A stretch of 15,432 nt of DNA from Candidatus Thorarchaeota archaeon (GTDB taxonomy: Archaea; Asgardarchaeota; Thorarchaeia; Thorarchaeales; Thorarchaeaceae), in assembly GCA_003345545.1 (NCBI GenBank), contig PRDH01000055.1, forward strand, positions 1 through 15,432, in the 5' to 3' direction. Position numbers and translations under genes: made by a program. Under the pieces are notes generated by a model, which did not search any database, was not told where the DNA came from, and worked only from the letters and a program-made list of their open reading frames with translations. Position 1 is the first letter of the stretch, and each line of letters starts with the position of its first letter. Positions 12,001 through 15,432 of this stretch are shown piece after piece.

Positions 12001-15000
12001 TTGGCCGTTCCCTGCGCAACTAACGGAGTTGTATGTGCTTCCAGTCACAGAGGCCTCTGCAACTGTTATTCGCCATATGCCAAGTCCCTGATAGGTGGCG
12101 GAGACACCGTTCACGCTCACAGAACCATCCATAAGGTCAGTGCTGTCGTATTCGTATTCCAGTTCAACGTCAATGTTGACTATGTCATTCAAGTTGACTC
12201 TCGCATCGACGACAGTGAATCCTCTCACGATGATGCGATCCCAGACGACCTGTTGCGACTGGCTGTTCTGATCTACAACAGAGATACCGTTAGAATTGCC
12301 TGACACCATTACCAAGTTGTAGGTGTTCGACACAACTGATGACTCAGAATCGACAGCTCTCCAGACCCCCAACCCTTGATATGTGGCTGCCAGACCGTTG
12401 ATGGCCACACTTCCATCAGTCACAAATGAGTCATCATAGTCGTAGCGCAAGATCACGTCAATGTTTACGTTATTACCCACGTTGACGCGAGAGTCCGTCA
12501 CAGTATATGACTGCACTTGCACCCTGTCCCAGATCTGGCCGAGACTCCGCCCATTCTGGTCAGCCGTATCTATGCCATACGTATTACCTGACACTAGAAC
12601 ACTGTCGTATGTAAAGAGCTGGACTGCTACCTTAATCTCACTGAAGTCCCACACTCCACTCGAACCTGAATAGGTCGCACCAACACCATTGACAGTCACA
12701 GTGCCATCAACCACTATTGCTTCGTCATAGTCATAATGTAGGATGACATGGCACGAACTGGATGCGCCCACATTGATACGTGAGTCATCTGAGGAATATG
12801 AAACGACCACGACTTGATCCCATATACACCAGGTCTGGTCGTTGACGCGTATGACTGTGATCCCATAGGCGTCATTACCAGCTGCACTCGCGGCTGCGTA
12901 CCCCTGTCTGCCCACGACAGCATAGGTGAATACTGTATTGTTGAGGGTGAGTGTGCCATCATAGGGAGTGGAGTCGTAGTCATAGAGAGCTGTGACGACG
13001 ATTCCAGATGCGTTTTCACCTATGTTTATGCGCTGGTCTGTGGGATTGGTTATTGTAACCGTAAGGCTGTCCCAGATGCACCAAGTGACATCGAATGATG
13101 AGATTGCAGTGATAGCATAAGCATCATCTCCGTTCACAGATGTGACATAGTACGCCTGTTTCTGCGCTGTGGCATACTGAAACACTGTGTTATTCAAGTT
13201 GAATGATCCTTCATAGATTGCGGAATCGTAGTCGTACGTGATGACAATCACGATACCAGACGCATTGCTGTTGACGTTGATTCGCTGGTCTGAAGGGTCG
13301 GTTATCGAGATGCTCAGACTGTCCCAGATGACTAATTGAGTCTGAGAATTCTGATTGACGGAGGTTATTCCATGGACGTTTCCACTGCAGACAACGCTGC
13401 CGTAGGCGACTCCTTGGGCGGGACTACGCGATTGTGTTATTCTCCAGACTCCCGCTCCCTGATGTGAAGCTATGAATCCATTGATTGCTACAGTTCCAGT
13501 TGTAACATCAGAATCATCATATTCGAACTCAAGGGTGACGTAGATGTATACATCGGTGTTAATATCCACCCTGTCATCAATAACCGAATAGCCCCTGACA
13601 ACAATCTCATCCCAGATGACACTCTGAGACAGACCATTCTGGTCAACCTGACTTATCCCATAGAGGTTCGCGGAGCATGCCACAGTGTCATAGGTGACTG
13701 ATTGTGCCGTGAGCCTGTTCTCAACTATCGTCCAGACTCCTGACCCGAGATGACCTGCACTAATATCGTTGATAGTGACTGCTCCATCAGTGACAGGAGA
13801 ATTGTCGTAATCGTACACCAGAGTGACATCGATGTTGACATCATCGTTGATATTCGCGTGTGCGTCGTCAACAACATAGGATTGCACTTGCACTCTGTCC
13901 CAGATCTGGTCCAGTGTCATCCCATTCTGATTGACAGAGGTTATTCCGTGTATGTTGCCCGAAGCCACAACACTGTTGTAGGTCAACAGCTGGACTGCTA
14001 GTCTGACCTCACCAAAGTTCCAGACTCCGTTTGAACCTGAATATGTTGCACTGATACCATTGACGGTGACGGCCCCATCGACGACAAAGGATCCATCGTA
14101 TTCATACTCTAGAGTGACATGGAGGGTGCTTGGGGTGCCTACATTGATCCGTGAGTCATCAGTGGAGTATGAAACGACGACGACTTGGTCCCAGATACAC
14201 CACGTCAAATCGTTCTGGCGTATGGCTGCAATGCCATAGGGATCATCACCGACCGCACTGGCTACTGTGTATCCCCTTCGACCTACTGTTGAATACTGGA
14301 AGATCGTGTCATTCAGATTGAGTGTGCCATCATAGGGTGTGAAGTCATAGTCGTACATCGCGATGACAACTATTCCTGACGCGTTGGTGTTGATATTCAC
14401 TCTTTGGTCCAAAGGATCACTGATGGCGATTGTCAGGGAGTCCCAAATACAATATGTCTCATCGTTCAACCTGATAGCACTAATTCCATACGTTCCGCCT
14501 GATGCAGACAGAACTCTATAACCCTGCTTCTGAGCAATAGCATAATTGAAGACCGTGTTGTTGAGGGTGAGTGTGCCATCAAAGGGAGTGGAGTCATAAT
14601 CATATACCGCTGTGACAATGATTCCTGTTGCATTCTCATTTATGTTGATTCTCTGATCTGGTGGCCCAGATATGGTGATCGTCAGGCTATCCCAGACGAC
14701 CTGTTGTGACTGTCCGTTTTGGTTGACCAAGCTTATCCCATTAGTGTTTCCGCTACATGCTATGCTGCTGTATGTAACACCTTGTGCGACGCTCCTTGAT
14801 TGCACCAACCTCCAGACTCCCGCACCTTGGTGAGTGGCCAGGAGGGTGTTGATTAGTACCGTACCATCTATAATTGGTGCGCTGTCATACGCATACGCGA
14901 GAGTCACATCTACATTTACGCTGGTGCCGATATTCACCCGAGTGTCGGCTACCACGTATCCTTGTACTACAACCTGGTCCCAAATCACAAGCTGCGTCTG

Positions 15001-15432
15001 ACTGTTCTGGTCAACGGCTGCTATTCCATAGGAGTTCCCGGACACTGCAACTGTATCATAGGTGTTTCCCACCACAGACAGCTCGCTGACGGATATCCTC
15101 CAGATGCCTGATCCCCGATTGGTTGCCACTATCGAGTCTATTGTGACTATGCCATCAGTCACTTGAGAATTGTCGTAGTCATAATAGAGTGTGACATCAA
15201 CATTCACCGAATCGCCAACGTTTACTCGGGAGTCCGTCACAGTATATGACTGCACTTGCACTCTGTCCCAGATTTGGGACTGTGTCTGACCGTTCTGATT
15301 GACGACACTGATTCCGTGTTGATTTCCTGAAGTGACCACATTATCATATGTGAGCATCTGTACACTCACGCGGGTCTCACCGAAGTTCCAGATGCCACTA
15401 GCTCCAGAGTAGGTGGCACTTAGTCCATTGAC
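28..15432 (-). CDS. Giant repetitive membrane-anchored cell-surface protein (adhesin/filament-like), 5'-partial, at least 5134 aa
   Basis: Single uninterrupted frame ending in TAA at 28-30. Upstream of the tracked GTG at 15369 the frame continues to the edge as VNGLSATYSGASGIWNFGETR, which is the middle of a class-B repeat, so the true start lies outside the window. Tandem beta-rich modules are followed by a C-terminal hydrophobic helix, basic cluster and cytoplasmic tail. Confidence 0.96.
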   Translation of the reverse strand, partial: VNGLSATYSGASGIWNFGETRVSVQMLTYDNVVTSGNQHGISVVNQNGQTQSQIWDRVQVQSYTVTDSRVNVGDSVNVDVTLYYDYDNSQVTDGIVTIDSIVATNRGSGIWRISVSELSVVGNTYDTVAVSGNSYGIAAVDQNSQTQLVIWDQVVVQGYVVADTRVNIGTSVNVDVTLAYAYDSAPIIDGTVLINTLLATHQGAGVWRLVQSRSVAQGVTYSSIACSGNTNGISLVNQNGQSQQVVWDSLTITISGPPDQRININENATGIIVTAVYDYDSTPFDGTLTLNNTVFNYAIAQKQGYRVLSASGGTYGISAIRLNDETYCIWDSLTIAISDPLDQRVNINTNASGIVVIAMYDYDFTPYDGTLNLNDTIFQYSTVGRRGYTVASAVGDDPYGIAAIRQNDLTWCIWDQVVVVSYSTDDSRINVGTPSTLHVTLEYEYDGSFVVDGAVTVNGISATYSGSNGVWNFGEVRLAVQLLTYNSVVASGNIHGITSVNQNGMTLDQIWDRVQVQSYVVDDAHANINDDVNIDVTLVYDYDNSPVTDGAVTINDISAGHLGSGVWTIVENRLTAQSVTYDTVACSANLYGISQVDQNGLSQSVIWDEIVVRGYSVIDDRVDINTDVYIYVTLEFEYDDSDVTTGTVAINGFIASHQGAGVWRITQSRSPAQGVAYGSVVCSGNVHGITSVNQNSQTQLVIWDSLSISITDPSDQRINVNSNASGIVIVITYDYDSAIYEGSFNLNNTVFQYATAQKQAYYVTSVNGDDAYAITAISSFDVTWCIWDSLTVTITNPTDQRINIGENASGIVVTALYDYDSTPYDGTLTLNNTVFTYAVVGRQGYAAASAAGNDAYGITVIRVNDQTWCIWDQVVVVSYSSDDSRINVGASSSCHVILHYDYDEAIVVDGTVTVNGVGATYSGSSGVWDFSEIKVAVQLFTYDSVLVSGNTYGIDTADQNGRSLGQIWDRVQVQSYTVTDSRVNVGNNVNIDVILRYDYDDSFVTDGSVAINGLAATYQGLGVWRAVDSESSVVSNTYNLVMVSGNSNGISVVDQNSQSQQVVWDRIIVRGFTVVDARVNLNDIVNIDVELEYEYDSTDLMDGSVSVNGVSATYQGLGIWRITVAEASVTGSTYNSVSCAGNGQGITAVYQNGQTQLVVWDQVAVRGYSVADSRVNLGTGVNVDVALEYEYDDSPVTDGAVAINGLSASHIGSGVWRVTDTEIIVISNVYNAVVCSGNSYGITNVNQNGQMQEVIWDQVTVRSYSASDTRDNVGDSIIVYVVLEYEYDDSDVINGIVVVDGVTFTYTGSSGQWSATRIQAAVTSETYDSVTVSGNTHGITSVNQNAQAIIIIWDRVQVQSYLVSDSRVNVGDSVTVDVTLYYDFDNSPLIDGTVTINGILAANQGSGIWRITDSEVSVGDNTYNNVAVSGNTLGITVVDQSSKSTTIIWDRIIVIALYSDDTRINVGTACSGHVALQYTYDSTYVADGAITVNGVVATYSGSNGIWDFAEARGAVQLFTYNSVVASGNTHGITSVNQNGQSASQIWDQLRVISYSVTDSRCDVGSIQNVTAIVVYEYDSTLFSGARGTVYLNGSAMVWDGVAYRWSQERTSSVVGRLVFGVSAITDTYHGISVFQTTARPAIIWDALTISIAIVDNRININQVASVQASATYAYDGTSYEGSLTLNNTQFSYPTAQIQWYTVSSAAGDFIYDITVIGTNDIESCIWDSLTILIAGPTDQRININTNASGIVVSAIYDYDGSSYDGTLTLNNTMFMYPTAQKQGYRVATAIGDDSYGITVISTNDATYCIWDSLTITITDPVDQRISINQNASGIIVTAIYDYDSTQYTGTLNLNDTIFQHSTAGRRGYRVANAAGNDLYGISAISLNDETYCIWDRLHIIISADSSSPYNDIQVNFTLTITFESDGIACTSYEVRVARNATHWHTFTYSNRSLFVDRNSEVIYEYIVSGVNLETLYGITAFTTSAQWVSWSAEPNKAPTNDSAPELLNADDTDNMYARYKFYTIISNVSDGDGGWDIDYIELTLYNDARTEVVWVVRYTVSGDTFTVEFGSDYVELATWSSVSVFGSSISVSWQIKIDWDHADLVDVDVLQYVNDGTNFDQDFYEENWDVETRVVTTGLTLDDDSGTNDRGSLDGSFTISGVISYFGSLLNPLSNETDIWVSSSEYGTNIGPWSDQELESGAFSVTCYADDGVGIDTYTVTVVKEGGSSGDTNLLQNVVQDTYVADRVQVQSYTITDTRVNINIVVIIDVTLYYDYDNTLVTSGLVTVNGFAATHQGSGVWRFSDSETVVTAVVYNTVTHIGGLHGVDVVDQNGKSLTVIWDKITVRSYSAVDARVNINDNALVDVTIEYEYDDSPVVDGSVTVNGISATHQGSGVWRITDTESIVTANAYNSVACTGNVLGITVVDQNSQSLQVIWDQIAVRGYAASDARANVNENVNVDVTIEYEYDDSPVTDGTVTINGVSAVHQVSGVWRIVDSEPSVVQNIYNLVTCSGNLYGITNVNQNAKTQSIIWDRVIVVSYSTDDNRININTAASDHVTLRYEYDSSPVTDGSTTINGVIAAYSGANGIWNFGATRATAQLVVYDTVTVSGNLYGISITNQNAQSLQQIWDSLTISITDPVDQRINLNENASGIVVTAVYDFDGSAYDGSLILNDTVFQRSTFGRRGYEVQSAGGGTHGITAIAANDETYAIWDSLTITITVSDSRINIGQNASIYVSAVYNYDQLTYDGTLVLNDTTYLFSSVGRHSYTVISASGDSHDITVIGTNDVESIIWDRLRVTSYSVSDARCNVGSIQTIAAVVIYEYDDVVFTGTRGTVYLNGTSMTWDPVDYRWEQQRSSPIMSRVMFVVTSITDTFHGLNMVAPGLGTSIIWDSLAISLSIADNRINVGASATIQVSAVYDYDGATYDGTLSLNNTQYMYATAQKQGYTVSAAAGNDAFGITAIGTNDEVYCIWDSLTILITGPSDQRINIYTNASGITVSATYDYDGTLYTGTLVLNNNVFQYSVAQRKDYTVSAALGNDAYGITVISSNDVTFCIWDSLTIYISNPVDQRININTSASGIVVSAMYDYDSSTFDGVLLLNDTTFNHVIVGRYGYSVASASGGIYGISAISTNAETYCVFDRLMVTIGVDDGTPYNDHQANFTLTVVFAYDSTQCSTYQVMISRNGTHWRSFINANTSLFVDTHADTSYQYTSTAITAESLYGITAFTTNTLQVTWSIAPNEIPTNDVAPQITNADDTDNLYARYRFYTVTSSVTDLDGSADIDFVELSLYDDTRSLLVWTIRYAVLTGSFSIAQGSEYVALGSWASASSRSTGFDITWVIKVDWDHPDLVNIDMRQYVTDGSDSDEDFYEVDWDTETRLNYATAPSLSDDRGDISTSNLWASSTLIYYGSSNLHPLANETDVWVIHDVSGTWSTDVDGSGQFTVTNIGSSSLVRLNLYTFKVVSEGAGAGGMDLYYASSRTDTFVTDRIEFYISGVDDSRINVNTQGRVYWSARYDYGDVAISSGLVVSLNGSKALSWNGSHWIYTEVQSSVKSVGYAIALAVDSTYGLNSWIQTAPDAFIVWDRIVVRSTVVDDSRVSVTQAVEVRVTLWLEYDHTFLGLGDSVTLDGQAMTWDTADSRFELSRSQSAVGRWRYYVNASAESVYGITALSLDGRSVDIIWDRVAVSAISVSDGRVSVGSSVEIRVRLWLEYDQSSLGSGDSVTLDGAPMTWDPGSFWFELARSRSSVGKWTYFVNASVETTYGISALNLNGQSVECIWDQVLVLSYASDDQRISIGSASSCHVMLQFSYDSSYVTDGTVSVNGVAAVYSGANGIWDFSEVRTGVQLVTYDTVLASGNTYGISSVDQNGQSLGQVWDRILVESYSVADARVNIGDIVTIEVTLIYEFDSAPVTDGMVTVNTIGATHAGLGIWQITASESSVTGRIYNDVAALGNTLGITQVSQNGQSQSVTWDQITVRGYSVADSRANLNDVVNVYVNLEYEYDDADVSDGSVSINGVPATYNGSGIWRIATSESIVTSNTYDLVVCTDNQYGITSVNQNLQSQVVIWDRIKVMAYDSSDSRNNIGSYTWINVTLHYEFDDSPVTDGAVSVNGYSFTHLEAGIWQHVRTESSAMGRLFDSVSCGDNEYHITAVDQNSQWMNIIWDSLTVSLTIQDHRIDIGGNASIYVTAVYDYDGAIYDGFIVLNDTTYVHDEVGRWSYTIATAAGDSYGIDVISINDEDYVIWDRLRVLPYTVSDEHCDVGTTQSIYATVEYEYDSTILTGSLGTVYLNGTSMIWNQSLMHWYQNRVYMVTGRWQFQVSGVTDDLHELTAVEYPAAPVSIIWDKIEVVLSADALLVNWHSLVNFTLIATRDYDGGRVQLLTASVNRNESFFVVGNFSDVWDGPVDATWIYTVISAIDDQYGLQVFSANLLIVTWTERPVVVIDMAFASDVDGRIDIVTDVTVYFHCKWSTNGSAVTKGSLFVNMTPYAINGSGWIDLTWSSASVIRLIWSVTGVDVNGIAQYDQRVTSPSMIWDCLRVMLIVADNRINVGENATIGISAIYAFDGTPYDGIITLNNTVYQYGTVGRRGYTASVASGGIHGITVIGYSDEEYIIWDSLRVYVLNNSVHINVGRNASIQVYALYDYDGKMYDGVLTLNDTVYILYSVGRKGYTCASASGDTYNITQIRLSGRIYVTWDSITVRVVVGNRYITVGTNASILVSGTFDYDGLPYIGTLVLNDTTYEYGTVGRRAYMCVLAIPVGHGVSLISNSDAEYIIWDQLEVFWSESQRTRADLSQEVDVMFRIRRSYTGSLFTDSDGEIYINGVKATFLSTESYWYITVTSGEVSTHSYSITGHLDLVGGIQVIDGGTEFTCTTTWDLIYVSRAGVWGSAPAFDPEIDSPAGRVLQCELEWTVTVYFYLNYMSDGAALSDSNTTVIVNGQNAIFVAERQRWELNVTSQGAGTMQYIIEEIMDPYGLTQVDQRGLYPTINWFPVRTAMGIATFGVIGLVGVGGALYVRRTRRRVAALEKALGPERVMSMEEAELPVKVREEILASLDWLRELQEQIPAMDTKVLLSVKEELRNAYDLYVKAFGEIILEEDLTDPGLKLKQALVKRIEVLIKIVDRELNARA
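31..372 (-). other. 114-aa cytoplasmic alpha-helical tail
   Basis: Abrupt switch to E/K/L/R-rich amphipathic sequence broken by Pro/Gly residues (VREEILASLDWLRELQEQIP; VLLSVKEELRNAYDLYVKAFG; LKLKQALVKRIEVLIKIVDRELNARA). Confidence 0.8.
373..438 (-). other. Single C-terminal transmembrane helix
   Basis: TAMGIATFGVIGLVGVGGALYV (22 uncharged residues) immediately followed by RRTRRR (355-372), consistent with the positive-inside rule. Confidence 0.9.
1096..1824 (-). repeat. Three tandem 81-aa class-C' modules near the membrane
   Basis: WD junctions at 1824, 1581, 1338, 1095, exactly 243 nt apart. Motif VG.NA[ST]I......[FY]DG..Y.G...LN[ND]T.Y.....GR..Y. Confidence 0.88.
4093..4971 (-). repeat. 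Class-H modules (one divergent + two closely related, 97-98 aa)
   Basis: Two adjacent copies share RVSV...VE.RV.LWLEYD...LG.GDSVTLDG..MTWD....FEL.RS.S.VG.W.Y.VNAS.E..YGI.AL.L.G.SV (4680-4387 and 4386-4093). Confidence 0.85.
4972..7053 (-). repeat. Seven-module cassette D-C'-C-C-E-F-G, copy 2
   Basis: Module lengths 98, 82, 84, 83, 96, 138, 113 aa, offset 3741-3744 nt from copy 1, same motif order. Confidence 0.9.
5311..5724 (-). other. Class-F module copy 2, 138 aa, cadherin-like/Ig-like with putative Ca2+-binding acidic motifs
   Basis: PNEIPTNDVAP, NADDTDN, DLDGSADID (5578-5604), VDWDHPD. Confidence 0.5.
8701..10797 (-). repeat. Seven-module cassette D-C'-C-C-E-F-G, copy 1
   Basis: Module lengths 98, 82, 84, 84, 96, 138, 117 aa. 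Unique motifs GTVYLNG, PYND.Q.NFTLT, RN.THW, NADDTDN.YARY and WD.ETR are shared with copy 2. Confidence 0.9.
9052..9465 (-). other. Class-F module copy 1, 138 aa, cadherin-like/Ig-like with putative Ca2+-binding acidic motifs
   Basis: PNKAPTNDSAP, NADDTDN, DGDGGWDID (9319-9345), IDWDHAD. The N-x-x-P start and DxDG loop resemble prokaryotic cadherin-like domains (inference). Confidence 0.5.
12532..15432 (-). repeat. Higher-order repeat B-A-A-C-C, period 1368-1371 nt (456-457 aa)
   Basis: WDRVQVQSY junctions at 15270, 13902, 12531; WDQVVVVSYS junctions at 14193, 12822; C-C pairs at 14694-14194 and 13326-12823. Confidence 0.9.

Larger units (their letters stand above)
454..15432 (-). repeat. 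Tandem array of 52 complete + 1 partial beta-sandwich-like 'IWD' modules
   Basis: Junction motif [IV]WD (variants VFD, VAD, VTD, WS, WT) recurs every 243-414 nt, always in frame. The shared core of most classes is WD-x(8-10)-D-x-R-x-N...Y[DE]YD...DG...N...GI. Order N to C: (B)AACC BAACC BAAAA*AB DC'CCEFG AAABCC' DC'CCEFG H'HH BAAA*C'DE' X C'C'C' Y Z (asterisk = variant A; X, Y, Z = divergent modules). The Ig-like fold is inferred from size and alternating hydrophobic V/T/S/Y patterns. Confidence 0.93.

Noticed and set aside
341-15089. The short alternative-frame and antisense ORFs (60-166 aa)
   Set aside because: All lie inside the giant CDS, show no recognisable motifs, and are expected shadows of a long, codon-biased repetitive gene.
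15367-15369. GTG start codon given by the ORF track
   Set aside because: The frame is open to 15432, the upstream residues continue a class-B repeat, and no signal peptide follows the GTG, so this is an internal Val.
454-15432. WD40 repeats, CRISPR array or diversity-generating retroelement TR/VR pair
   Set aside because: The WD period is 81-138 aa with no GH motif, so these are not WD40 repeats. The DNA repeats are in-frame, degenerate and coding. No reverse transcriptase or ~100-nt pair with adenine-specific mismatches was seen.
454-15432. Intramolecular isopeptide or ester crosslink domains (CnaB or Cpe0147 type)
   Set aside because: There is no conserved Lys in the first strand and no HxDxxDxxQ motif. 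The conserved QNxQ in A/B modules is not enough evidence on its own.

Overview
The window is almost entirely one 5'-truncated giant coding sequence on the minus strand. Its stop codon (TAA) is at 28-30 and the frame stays open to the window edge at 15432, giving at least 5134 aa. It encodes a type-I-like surface protein with three parts: an ectodomain of 52 complete plus 1 partial beta-rich modules (81-138 aa), most joined without linkers at an [IV]WD junction; one Gly-rich transmembrane helix followed by RRTRRR; and an unusually long 114-aa helical cytoplasmic tail. The modules fall into about 8 classes (my labels A, B, C, C', D, E, F, G, H). They are arranged in higher-order repeats: a ~1.37-kb B-A-A-C-C unit and a duplicated ~2.1-kb D-C'-C-C-E-F-G cassette carrying a cadherin-like acidic module. 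A loop motif in each module predicts the class of the next module, N-glycosylation sequons are largely confined to particular classes, and short near-identical DNA patches suggest exchange between repeats. The conserved sequons suggest an archaeal host; a Thorarchaeia/Asgard- or Bathyarchaeia-like origin is only a guess. No RNA genes, mobile elements or CRISPR arrays were seen.
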